From positions 765,257 through 829,256 of the forward strand of contig JAVJRL010000012.1 in assembly GCA_040285615.1 (NCBI GenBank): 64,000 nt of DNA, written 5' to 3'. This DNA is from Allomuricauda sp. (GTDB taxonomy: Bacteria > Bacteroidota > Bacteroidia > Flavobacteriales > Flavobacteriaceae). Shown in pieces: positions 18,734 to 27,900 of this stretch. Position 1 is the first letter of the stretch. Every line of letters starts with the position of its first letter. Under the pieces are notes generated by a model. The model made no database searches and was not told the DNA's origin. It worked only from the letters and a program-made list of their open reading frames with translations. The translations under genes were made by a program, and so were the position numbers.

Positions 18734-19628
18734 TGGGCTCTTTTATGGGCAAATAGATTTCAGCTTTCCATTTAAGCTGATTGCCTTCGTTTTTCGGATT
18801 GTCATGGAATACTTCAATAGGGGTTTCTTCTACCTCTATGTTGTTCTTTTTTGCGTAGTCCAACAATGCGTACCAAGCACGGTCAGAGGTGATATAATTG
18901 CCATTGTACTCCGCTTTCAAGGCTTTTTTCCTGAATATCCTTTTATATTCTATATCCGTGCCAATGGGAAGCTTTTCTGAACGTATTATGGGTCGGCCAA
19001 AATTAAAATGAATACTATCGTTTACTTGGTTCCATTCAGTGATTTCAATCATAGGAAAGCCATCAAATTCGACACCGTTATCTATGAGTGTGCCCATGAG
19101 ATAACTAAAATTTCGCATCATTTCATCAGCCTTCTGAAGTTGAGTGCTTTTGATAGGAACGTAAGCAATGTATTTGGTTGGCATCTCTGATTCTCCAACA
19201 ATGCGTACTTTAAATTTCTCCTTATGCTCTTTTAGTTCTTCCATAAAATCCAATACGGTCGCTCTACTTCTTTTTTCAAAATCCGTATCGGAAAAAGGCA
19301 CGAGTAATTTGTTTTTAAGGCTATGATCTACATCTTTGACTTTCACCTTAACTCTTGAAGTTGAATCCGTAATCGGTTCTATTTCCCAGTTATAGATATT
19401 AATGGAATCTCCAAATGTCAACTTCTGGGAAAGATGCAATAAATCGCCATCTTGTTGCATTTTTTCCGAGTTACCCAGATTACGGGCCCAATGTTTTAGG
19501 CTTTGGTTGATATCTCCTGGAAATGTTTCTGCCTTAAAGCGAATGATATAATCGGATGGCTTTATAAATAGATACCATAAAATTCCCCCTACCACAAAGG
19601 CAAGGATTATAGAAATAATCTTCCTCAT
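18726..19628 (-). CDS. Membrane-anchored protein with C-terminal GyrI-like/SRPBCC-type small-molecule-binding domain
   Basis: The N-terminal TM helix is IISIILAFVVGGILWYLFI. The C-terminus (YITSDRAWYALLDYAKKNNIEVEETPIEVFHDNP..WKAEIYLPI) matches the GyrI-like effector-binding pattern. Confidence 0.45.
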   Translation of the reverse strand: MRKIISIILAFVVGGILWYLFIKPSDYIIRFKAETFPGDINQSLKHWARNLGNSEKMQQDGDLLHLSQKLTFGDSINIYNWEIEPITDSTSRVKVKVKDVDHSLKNKLLVPFSDTDFEKRSRATVLDFMEELKEHKEKFKVRIVGESEMPTKYIAYVPIKSTQLQKADEMMRNFSYLMGTLIDNGVEFDGFPMIEITEWNQVNDSIHFNFGRPIIRSEKLPIGTDIEYKRIFRKKALKAEYNGNYITSDRAWYALLDYAKKNNIEVEETPIEVFHDNPKNEGNQLKWKAEIYLPIKEPSE

Positions 19629-19650
19629 AACTAAAGCACAAAAATACAGA

Positions 19651-20982
19651 TTAGCCTTTTGTCATCTCCAATTTGTTCACAATAAATTTCCCAAGGTCCC
19701 TACCTTGTTTAATTCCAACTTCAATGGCCGCACGATAATGGATACCGCCATACATTCGACTTAATGCAGCTTCGTCAGATGCCTGGTTAAAAGAGGTATA
19801 GGAACGAACAGGTAGGCCATAAGCTAGTTCGGTATCATCATCAAAGGCAAAATTATCCCCAAAAATATCTGTTAGCGCTATGGCAGCAGCACCAGATACT
19901 ACGCTATGTCCGCTTGTATATTCTGGGAACGGAGGCGTTTGCAGTACAGGCTCCCAACTATCATCTATATACTCGTTGATAACCGTTTCTGGACGTATAA
20001 GGTTACTTCTGTATTTTTCGTCCCAACAACTAATAAAAGCATCGGCTATGGCGATAGAAGTCTTTGTATATGCATACACTGTTTTGGCAAAATCCGCATC
20101 CGTTTTTCTCGATGCTATTTTGGTAATGCCAATCCAATGTGCACCTGGAGTAATCTTTTTTGTTGCGAACATCAGGTGACCTCGGGTTACAGAAACATAA
20201 GGGTTGCAGTCCCAAAATTGAGCAATTGCTATTTCGTCCGATTTGTCACCTTTGCCAATCATATTTTTTCGTACTTCATATACCTCCATAACCTCTTCGT
20301 AAAACTTAGAGTCTTTATCCATTGAGAATTCTGGCGGTGGAATGGGTTTGAACTGCTGCGCGGAATCAATTGCGAACGGACGAATTTTTTCCCAATGCGG
20401 CTCAATACCGTTCATGTAGGCTGGGGGAGTAGGTTGCCAGCGCGAAGGATCGTCGGAGTCCACGGAGAACTTGGGCATGGTACGTGTTTCCTTATAGTTG
20501 TCCTTGTTCATCCATTCGCCAACAAAATTGGCCACCTCCATACCATATTCTTTGGAGGCATTGAAAACGGCCTCGTTCTTGTCCATCCAGTTGATATAAA
20601 GACTGTCCCTAAAGCTCTCCATTCTTTCCTCGGAAAAGATAAGTCTTTTGCTAAGGTCCATATGGGCAATCAACGCTGCCATTTCGTAATTGATGTTCTC
20701 GCTGTTCTTGGGTTCAGGAATACTTTCCAGGCCAGTTACCTGTCCTGCCAATGATTTATAGGTGTCGTTGTTCTTGGCTATTATCTCATAAGCCGCAATA
20801 TTCGGATAGGCAAATATTCTACTGGCCACAGGTGGGGAGAATATATCGTGAATCATTATCTCAATCACTTTATCTACCGAGGCATGATATTCTTCAGGAG
20901 TAATTTCAATAGGTTCTTGCTTTTTTTGGCATGATGCCAGAACCAATAATAGTGCTGCAATTAAACTTATTCTTTTTTTCAT
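19651..20982 (-). CDS. PAP2-superfamily / vanadium-dependent haloperoxidase-like lipoprotein
   Basis: The lipobox is LLLVLASC. The PAP2/VHPO tripartite motif is present as KYRSNLIRP (Kx6RP), PEYTSGHS (SGH) and SRMYGGIHYRAA (SRx5H). Confidence 0.7.
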   Translation of the reverse strand: MKKRISLIAALLLVLASCQKKQEPIEITPEEYHASVDKVIEIMIHDIFSPPVASRIFAYPNIAAYEIIAKNNDTYKSLAGQVTGLESIPEPKNSENINYEMAALIAHMDLSKRLIFSEERMESFRDSLYINWMDKNEAVFNASKEYGMEVANFVGEWMNKDNYKETRTMPKFSVDSDDPSRWQPTPPAYMNGIEPHWEKIRPFAIDSAQQFKPIPPPEFSMDKDSKFYEEVMEVYEVRKNMIGKGDKSDEIAIAQFWDCNPYVSVTRGHLMFATKKITPGAHWIGITKIASRKTDADFAKTVYAYTKTSIAIADAFISCWDEKYRSNLIRPETVINEYIDDSWEPVLQTPPFPEYTSGHSVVSGAAAIALTDIFGDNFAFDDDTELAYGLPVRSYTSFNQASDEAALSRMYGGIHYRAAIEVGIKQGRDLGKFIVNKLEMTKG

Positions 20983-20992
20983 GGCCTTGCTA

Positions 20993-23900
20993 TTACTTAT
21001 TGATTTTATAAACTTGTACTTTATCGTTATTGAATACTGCTAACAAATAATTTTGATTGTTCAGTGTGATTGTTTTTAAATGGCGAATTGATTTTTTGGT
21101 AAAGTCCAATCCCAATTGGTTGCCCAAAAGAATGTTGTCCTCACTCTTGATGAGGGCTCCCGGGAAGGAATCCAATCTACCATGGTAAGGTTTTACCCCA
21201 AAGTAATTACCGCCAACCAGCACTTCGGTATTACCGTCACCATCAAAATCATTAACTAAAAATGACATAATGGGCGCTACTTGAAGTTCACTTTTGAAAG
21301 GGACAAAAACAAAGTTACCATTATCATTTCTTAAATATCCTGATTTTAATGTGTTGACCTGAAGTAGGGCAGATGCGTCCAATATCTCTTCTCCAAATAT
21401 TTCCTCCATGGTGTCGCCAGCAAAAGATTGGTAGGTGTTATATTTCTTTTTAAGGTATACCATTTGAGAGGCCAGCCCATCCAAAGTTTCCAATGGATAG
21501 TAGTTGCCATTTTTTTCCATGGCGGTAACCGTTTCGGTTTGACCATTGTCATCAAAATCGTTGAAATATAATTTCATGGGATGCTCCTTCGAAGCTTTGA
21601 ATTTGGAGTTGGTTCCCCAGTTTCCAAGGAGGTAATCAGTGTCTCCATCTCCATCAATATCAAAGGCTTCAATGGTCTGCCATAACCCTTTAAGATCTAG
21701 TGATGCAACTTCGGTAAAAGAACCGTTTTCTTGCTTTAGAAACTTTGGAGACATCCATTCTCCGACTATAATGATATCGGTAATGCCATCTTCGTCAAAG
21801 TCGGTCCAAATAGCATCGGTAACCATTCCTTGGGAAAATTTCTCAAAATCTTTCTTCACTTTAAAACCTCTATTGTCATTTTCCAATAAGTAAGAGTTGG
21901 CAGGAGCACCAAACTTAGCTGTAATCGTATGTCCGCCTATAAAAACATCCAAATCCCCATCTTCATCAAAATCAAAAGGCTTGATCACGGAAGAGTTCTG
22001 ATAGTATTCTGGGAGTTTCGTACTTGTAAAAGCACTGTCTTGCTGAATATAATAGGCATCCAGTAAAGGGTCGGATTTGCCAAAAAAGTCACCACCGCCG
22101 GAGGTAGAAATCAAATCATTTTTTCCATCCTCGTTAAAGTCCGCGATGACTGCCGATACATTTTCCAGAATGGAATCTTTTTGAATACCATCAAATTGTT
22201 GATTGGCAAAGATGGAATCTTGTTGCACATAAATTTGTGAAGGTTCATATTTTGACCCTCCAAAGAAAATGTCATCCTTACCATCTCCATTTAAATCCCC
22301 AATTGCAAAAGCAGGTCCTCTATCCGAAATTTGGTAAGGGATGAGTTTTTCCCTGTTAAAATCGGTATAGTTGTCCTCCGCATGTGTAAAATCCAGTCCA
22401 AAATTGTCGTTTTCAAGGCTGAACAAAGGTTTATTGCCTTTGTGAAGGGAATTATAATCAAAGGGTTTTGTGTTTGTTGGCTCTATTGTGAGTGTTTGGT
22501 TTACCGCAACATTCTGTAAAACCTGATAGCTTTTGTCAGGCCAAATTATTTTGATGGAGTCCACTACGGTTATGTTGTTATAACCAAAATGAAGCATTGG
22601 TTCGGAGGATGCCTGAAAGCCCCTTGTTGGGAACAGTTCTTTGAACTGCAGCCCTCCATTGGAGTATGCATATACTTTTGTGCCAATACCAAACCTGTTC
22701 TTAGTGGAATAATTGAACGTTAGCTTCAGATAATTTTTCTTATCGTTTGTTTTGTTGATGTATAAGGAAGCTGGTTGATTGATATTGTTGGTTACAATAT
22801 CCAAATCGCCATCACCATCGAGGTCTCCCATGGCGGTTGCACCGGAAATCAGTGTGTCCTTAGCAATCCATTTTTCAGACATATCTTGAAAATGAAGCTC
22901 TTCACCTCCTTTGTAAACGTAGTTGTGTACACTTCCAGAAGGCATCAAGTCCAACGCTTGTTGATCTACAAGTTTAGTATTGTCGATTTTACTTTTGATT
23001 TGGTCACTTGAAACGAACTTGATAAAATCCAAATCGTTGGGTCTTTTGGGAATTCCGTTGGAAATGAAAATATCTTGATGGCCATCTTGGTCAAAGTCAC
23101 CAAAAAGCCCACTCCAGCTCCAATCAGTGGCGGCAATACCACTCATTAAAGCGGTCTCCATAAAATTTCCATCAGGTTGGTTTACAAATAACATGTTGCG
23201 TGTAAATTGATAATGGTACCCAAAACGATCAATCCTCATTTTTTGGGTCTGGATATTATCATCTCCTTCTGAGGATTTTAGGGCCGCTTCGTCTTCGGGT
23301 AACATGTCCAAAGAAATAAAGTCGGGTCTGCCATCATTATTGATATCCGCGACATCGTTGCCCATGGAAAAACGAGAGGTATGTCCAAAATATTTTTTTA
23401 AACTTTCAGTGAAAGTGCCGTCACCATTATTGAGGTAATAATAATCGTCTTCGTGAAAATCGTTTCCCACATAAATATCAGGGTACCCATCTTGATTAAA
23501 ATCTGCAATGGCCAATCCTAGTCCATAACCATTAATACCCCCGTATATACCAGCTTCTTCGCTTACATCGGTAAACTTTCCATTATCATTTCGCAAAAGT
23601 TTGTCCCCTGTTTCGTATCGGCGCTCATATCTCAAATCAAAACGACCAAAGGAATTTTGGGTATGTACGGCATGGTTTAGGAGATACATATCAAGGTCCC
23701 CGTCCAAATCATAATCAAAGAATGTGGCGTTGGAACTGTATGAATCAAAATCAAGACCATATTGGGAGGCACTTTCGGTAAATGTGTTATCCCCGTTATT
23801 GATATACAATTCGTTAAACCCGTCAAATCCGTTGATGCCCACTACAGCACAAACATAAATATCCAAGAGACCATCGCCATTTACATCGGCCATGGTAGTT

Positions 23901-24232
23901 CCCGTATTCCAATCACTATTACCCTCAACACCAGCGGAGTTGGATATATCTTCAAATTTCAGATTGCCCTTGTTTAGGTACAATTTGTTTTTTACTTGAT
24001 TTCCGGTAAGGAAAATATCAGGCAATCCATCATTATTGATATCGCCAATGGAGACACCGCCACCATTATAAAAATAGAGATAGTCCAAAATGCTCAGGTC
24101 CTTTGTAGTGGTGAGCGTATTGGTAAATTCCACCCCGGTTTTTTGTGGGTCGGGGTTTTCAAACAGACTCCCTCCCTTTTTACAAGAAACAACCAAGGAT
24201 ACGGTTAACAATATGATTAGAAACCTATTCAT
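20993..24232 (-). CDS. VCBS/FG-GAP repeat protein with central ASPIC/UnbV domain (CRTAC1-like) lipoprotein, paralog 2
   Basis: The lipobox is LTVSLVVSC. There are many DINNDGxxDI / DxDGDGDxD calcium-type FG-GAP/VCBS repeats. The UnbV-like block is GIGTKVYAYSNGGLQFKELFPTRGFQASSEPMLHFGY..IKIIWPD. Confidence 0.85.
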   Translation of the reverse strand: MNRFLIILLTVSLVVSCKKGGSLFENPDPQKTGVEFTNTLTTTKDLSILDYLYFYNGGGVSIGDINNDGLPDIFLTGNQVKNKLYLNKGNLKFEDISNSAGVEGNSDWNTGTTMADVNGDGLLDIYVCAVVGINGFDGFNELYINNGDNTFTESASQYGLDFDSYSSNATFFDYDLDGDLDMYLLNHAVHTQNSFGRFDLRYERRYETGDKLLRNDNGKFTDVSEEAGIYGGINGYGLGLAIADFNQDGYPDIYVGNDFHEDDYYYLNNGDGTFTESLKKYFGHTSRFSMGNDVADINNDGRPDFISLDMLPEDEAALKSSEGDDNIQTQKMRIDRFGYHYQFTRNMLFVNQPDGNFMETALMSGIAATDWSWSGLFGDFDQDGHQDIFISNGIPKRPNDLDFIKFVSSDQIKSKIDNTKLVDQQALDLMPSGSVHNYVYKGGEELHFQDMSEKWIAKDTLISGATAMGDLDGDGDLDIVTNNINQPASLYINKTNDKKNYLKLTFNYSTKNRFGIGTKVYAYSNGGLQFKELFPTRGFQASSEPMLHFGYNNITVVDSIKIIWPDKSYQVLQNVAVNQTLTIEPTNTKPFDYNSLHKGNKPLFSLENDNFGLDFTHAEDNYTDFNREKLIPYQISDRGPAFAIGDLNGDGKDDIFFGGSKYEPSQIYVQQDSIFANQQFDGIQKDSILENVSAVIADFNEDGKNDLISTSGGGDFFGKSDPLLDAYYIQQDSAFTSTKLPEYYQNSSVIKPFDFDEDGDLDVFIGGHTITAKFGAPANSYLLENDNRGFKVKKDFEKFSQGMVTDAIWTDFDEDGITDIIIVGEWMSPKFLKQENGSFTEVASLDLKGLWQTIEAFDIDGDGDTDYLLGNWGTNSKFKASKEHPMKLYFNDFDDNGQTETVTAMEKNGNYYPLETLDGLASQMVYLKKKYNTYQSFAGDTMEEIFGEEILDASALLQVNTLKSGYLRNDNGNFVFVPFKSELQVAPIMSFLVNDFDGDGNTEVLVGGNYFGVKPYHGRLDSFPGALIKSEDNILLGNQLGLDFTKKSIRHLKTITLNNQNYLLAVFNNDKVQVYKINK

Positions 24233-27200
24233 TTAGTGCAAAAATCTTTGGTTTGTTGTTGTTTACGGCTGCTATAACAAAGGTGTTTCCGTTTTTATCC
24301 TTGAACTGCTTTAGGTATTTTACTTCGTCCCGAACCTTGAATCCGCTGGTTTCATAATCTTGCCAAGTGAATCCGAGATTGCCATCCCCCAGCAATAAAT
24401 TTCCTTGACTGGCATCCAAACGGGAGAATTGGGGTTTAAACTCGTAATTGTTACCAGCCATAATCAAATCCAAATTACCGTCATTGTTTACATCGGTACA
24501 GGTGATGTCGCATACGCAAGAAAGTTGCACACGCGGGGGTAAGTTTTTAATAGTGAACTTTCCATTCCCCTCATTTATTGCAATGACCGATGCAGAGGTT
24601 TCTGCCATTTTTACAATGGATTTCTCCATCACCTCTTCTGGAAAAAGTTGGTGAATGGTACGGTGGGCATAATCTGATGCTTTCAGGTTTTGCTTCTTAA
24701 GTGTAGGCAATTGGTCCGTGAGTTCTCTTTTTTGATGAATTGGATAGTCACCACCGTTTTCCTGCATGGTCACGATTTGCTCAATGGTACCGTTATTGTC
24801 ATAGTCGTTGATATACATTTTCATTGGGGCATATTCCGTTGGCTTGTAGTGAAGGTTAAGCCCTTGATTTCCTAGAATTAGGTCTGGATCTCCATCACCA
24901 TCTAGGTCTGCAGTCTCCACGGTGTTCCACCACCCATATAAACTATCCAACGAACTGTTCATTTTTGATAACCTTCGTCCTGTGTTTTTGTAGATTTTTG
25001 GTGTATCCCATTCCGCGGTTATGATCAAGTCTTTTTTGCCGTCTCCATCGATGTCTTCCCATTTGGAATCGGTTACCATTCCAGCATTTTTCAGGTCATA
25101 TCCTAATCTTTCAGTTACATTGGTAAAGGTTCCATCACCCATATTTTCAAGGAATAGATGGTCGGGCGATACTCCATATACTCCAACTATATTGCGTGAC
25201 CCGATAAAGAGGTCGATGTCTCCATCATCATCAAAGTCATACGGGGAAATCGTTGAAATGTTTTTAAACGTGGAGGGTAATTCATTTTTCGATTTGGAAA
25301 AATTACCGTCACCATTATTGACATACAAACGTGCTCGGTAATTGCGTTGCATATTCACGTCATTGCCGCCGGAACCTACAATCAAATCCAGGTCACCGTC
25401 ACCGTCAGCATCAAAAAAGGCAGCAGCAACATCTTCGTACTCCTTGTCTTCGTCAAAAGCAGCAATTTTCCTTGGAGTTACTTTACCGTTTCCGTTATGG
25501 AAATATATTTCTCCAGATTGACCTTTTGCCCCACCAATAAAGAAATCCTCGTTGCCATCGTTATTAATGTCTCCGACCGCCAATGATGGGCCTTCTTGGG
25601 AAAGTTTGTGAGAGATAAGGCCTTCGTAATCAAAATCGTTGTAATTATCTTCTTTATGTGGCGATACTACATTGGTTTTCAATTCCCTGAAGAAAGATTT
25701 TTTAGCTTCCTTTTTGGGTATTGTATAAGTTTCTGTTGCATCGGAGTGGTTAAGGGTCAATACTTGATTGACGTCAACATTTTCCAATTTTTGAGTGAGA
25801 TTGTCCGGCCATACAATACGAATGGAGTCCAATTTATCGGATTTGCCCAAGCCAAATGTCATATCGTACTGAATGGATGATTGAAAACCTCTGGAAGGAA
25901 TCAATTCTTGATTTACGATGTTGCCATCGAAATAGAGTTTGGCAAGCGTTCCTACTGCAAATGGGTTGGTCTCTGGCCCTTTGAACTTCAATTGGATGTA
26001 ATTGTTATTTAATTGGGATTCGGTATTGTTTTTATAGATAAATGCTGGCGTATTTACATTATTAATCACTAAATCCAAATCGCCATCATTATCTAAATCG
26101 GCATAAGCTGCACCGTTAGAGCGGGTAGGTAGTTCAAAACCCCATTCCTTGTTGGCATTGGTAAAGGAAATATCACCATTGTTCTTGTAAGCGTAGTTAG
26201 GTTGTGGTTTAATCGGCATTTTACTGATGATAGAATCTATGGATTCCTTTTTACCTGTAAGCGCCATTTTTTGGACAATCTCATTGGCAAAAAAGTCCAC
26301 AAAGTCCAAATCTGTAAGGTCGTGATTGATACCATTGGTAATAAAAATGTCCTTGAGACCGTCGTTGTCCATATCGAACATAAGCCCCGCCCAGCTCCAG
26401 TCGGTGGCATCGATGCCACTATAGTAAGCTACTTCGGAGAATGTTCCATTCCCGTTATTGAGCTGTAATGTGTTTTGAATATACTGTTGGCCAAAATCCT
26501 TACTCTGTTTTATGTTAAAAACATTGTACCCTTCAAATTCCATTACGGATTTTACTCTTGACTCTTCTTCGGGCAACATATCCGTTATAAAAATATCGTT
26601 ATGTCCATCGTTATTAATGTCCGCAACGTCGATTCCCATCGCAGAAAGACTCAAGTGGGAGGTCCATTCTTTAATTTCTTCATTAAATGTCCCATCTTTT
26701 TGATTGATATAGAGGTAGTCCCTTTCATAAAAATCGTTCGAAACATAAATATCTGGGTAAAGGTCACCATTAAAGTCTGTCACCAATACACCAAGGCCAA
26801 AACCTATCAAACTTCCATAAATACCGGCATCTTCACTTACGTCTACAAATTTACCGTCGTCATTTCGTAATAACATATCTCCAACACCTTTGAATATATG
26901 AGGTACGCCTTCCCAATCTTGTGCTCTAACTTCACGCTGCTCGGCATAACCAAGACTGCTTACTGGAATATTGCTGTTGTTGAGAATGTATACATCCAGA
27001 TCACCATCTTTGTCATAATCAAAAAAGGAGGCGTGAGTTGTAAACCCGGTATTCGCTAGATTATATTCTTCGGCTTTTTCAGTAAAGGTTAGGTCACCAT
27101 TGTTAATGTAAAGGTCGTTATCGTGGTTGTTCCCTTCCATATTTCCGGCATTGGATACATATATGTCCAAAAGGCCATCGTGGTTAATGTCGACCATAAC

Positions 27201-27572
27201 AACCCCTGTGGACCATGGTTTGTTACCTAGCACACCTGCACTTTCAGAGATGTCTTCAAATTCCATGTTGCCCCTGTTGAGATATAGCCTATTGGGTTCC
27301 ATATTTCCAGTTAGGTAAATATCCTGGAGTCCATCATTGTTGATGTCACCAATCGCTACGCCTCCACCGTTGTAAAAATTACGGTATTTAAAGATGTTGA
27401 AGTTTTTCTTATTCTGTACTTTATTGATGAAGGTGACCCCCGTTTCTTCTGGCTTCAACAGGGTGAAAAGTGTTTCTGTTTTCTCTTCTTCTTTAGATTG
27501 AGCACCTTCTTTGTTATTACATGCCACTAGGCCCATGAGAAGAAGAGTTACAGTAATATATTTCAGTTTCAT
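24225..27572 (-). CDS. VCBS/FG-GAP repeat protein with central ASPIC/UnbV domain (CRTAC1-like) lipoprotein, paralog 1
   Basis: The lipobox is LLLMGLVAC. The repeat architecture matches 20993..24232. The UnbV-like block is AVGTLAKLYFDGNIVNQELIPSRGFQSSIQYDMTFGLG..IRIVWPD. There is an 8-nt overlap with the downstream paralog. Confidence 0.85.
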   Translation of the reverse strand: MKLKYITVTLLLMGLVACNNKEGAQSKEEEKTETLFTLLKPEETGVTFINKVQNKKNFNIFKYRNFYNGGGVAIGDINNDGLQDIYLTGNMEPNRLYLNRGNMEFEDISESAGVLGNKPWSTGVVMVDINHDGLLDIYVSNAGNMEGNNHDNDLYINNGDLTFTEKAEEYNLANTGFTTHASFFDYDKDGDLDVYILNNSNIPVSSLGYAEQREVRAQDWEGVPHIFKGVGDMLLRNDDGKFVDVSEDAGIYGSLIGFGLGVLVTDFNGDLYPDIYVSNDFYERDYLYINQKDGTFNEEIKEWTSHLSLSAMGIDVADINNDGHNDIFITDMLPEEESRVKSVMEFEGYNVFNIKQSKDFGQQYIQNTLQLNNGNGTFSEVAYYSGIDATDWSWAGLMFDMDNDGLKDIFITNGINHDLTDLDFVDFFANEIVQKMALTGKKESIDSIISKMPIKPQPNYAYKNNGDISFTNANKEWGFELPTRSNGAAYADLDNDGDLDLVINNVNTPAFIYKNNTESQLNNNYIQLKFKGPETNPFAVGTLAKLYFDGNIVNQELIPSRGFQSSIQYDMTFGLGKSDKLDSIRIVWPDNLTQKLENVDVNQVLTLNHSDATETYTIPKKEAKKSFFRELKTNVVSPHKEDNYNDFDYEGLISHKLSQEGPSLAVGDINNDGNEDFFIGGAKGQSGEIYFHNGNGKVTPRKIAAFDEDKEYEDVAAAFFDADGDGDLDLIVGSGGNDVNMQRNYRARLYVNNGDGNFSKSKNELPSTFKNISTISPYDFDDDGDIDLFIGSRNIVGVYGVSPDHLFLENMGDGTFTNVTERLGYDLKNAGMVTDSKWEDIDGDGKKDLIITAEWDTPKIYKNTGRRLSKMNSSLDSLYGWWNTVETADLDGDGDPDLILGNQGLNLHYKPTEYAPMKMYINDYDNNGTIEQIVTMQENGGDYPIHQKRELTDQLPTLKKQNLKASDYAHRTIHQLFPEEVMEKSIVKMAETSASVIAINEGNGKFTIKNLPPRVQLSCVCDITCTDVNNDGNLDLIMAGNNYEFKPQFSRLDASQGNLLLGDGNLGFTWQDYETSGFKVRDEVKYLKQFKDKNGNTFVIAAVNNNKPKIFALNE

Positions 27573-27840
27573 TTATTGTTCTGTTTTTTGACCAAAAAAG
27601 TGGGAGCATTATTGTCCATCATCATGACGAACTATTCTTTCCCATTGATAATCAGTTTTCAATTTTTCTGGTGTTCACCTGCAAATTTTCAATTTTGATT
27701 TAAGCAATGATATTCATTTGTTCCTATAAGCTTGAAAATCTCCCAAGCTACCAAGAAGGAAAATTATCTCAAAATTATTTACAAACATTAATGTTTCATT
27801 AATCTTTTCTTTATTGTTTTTAGCCTTTTAGGTAAAATAG

Positions 27841-27871
27841 AAATGCCGCCCTATAATGGTGGGCGGCATTT
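27841..27871 (-). terminator. Rho-independent terminator downstream of susD
   Basis: A perfect 11-bp stem, aaatgccgccc (27841-51) pairing with gggcggcattt (27861-71), encloses a 9-nt loop. On the minus-strand RNA it is followed by CUAUUUUACC. It lies 30 nt after the susD stop. Confidence 0.7.
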
Positions 27872-27900
27872 GTATTAAAAACAGTTTAAACTTAACTTGA

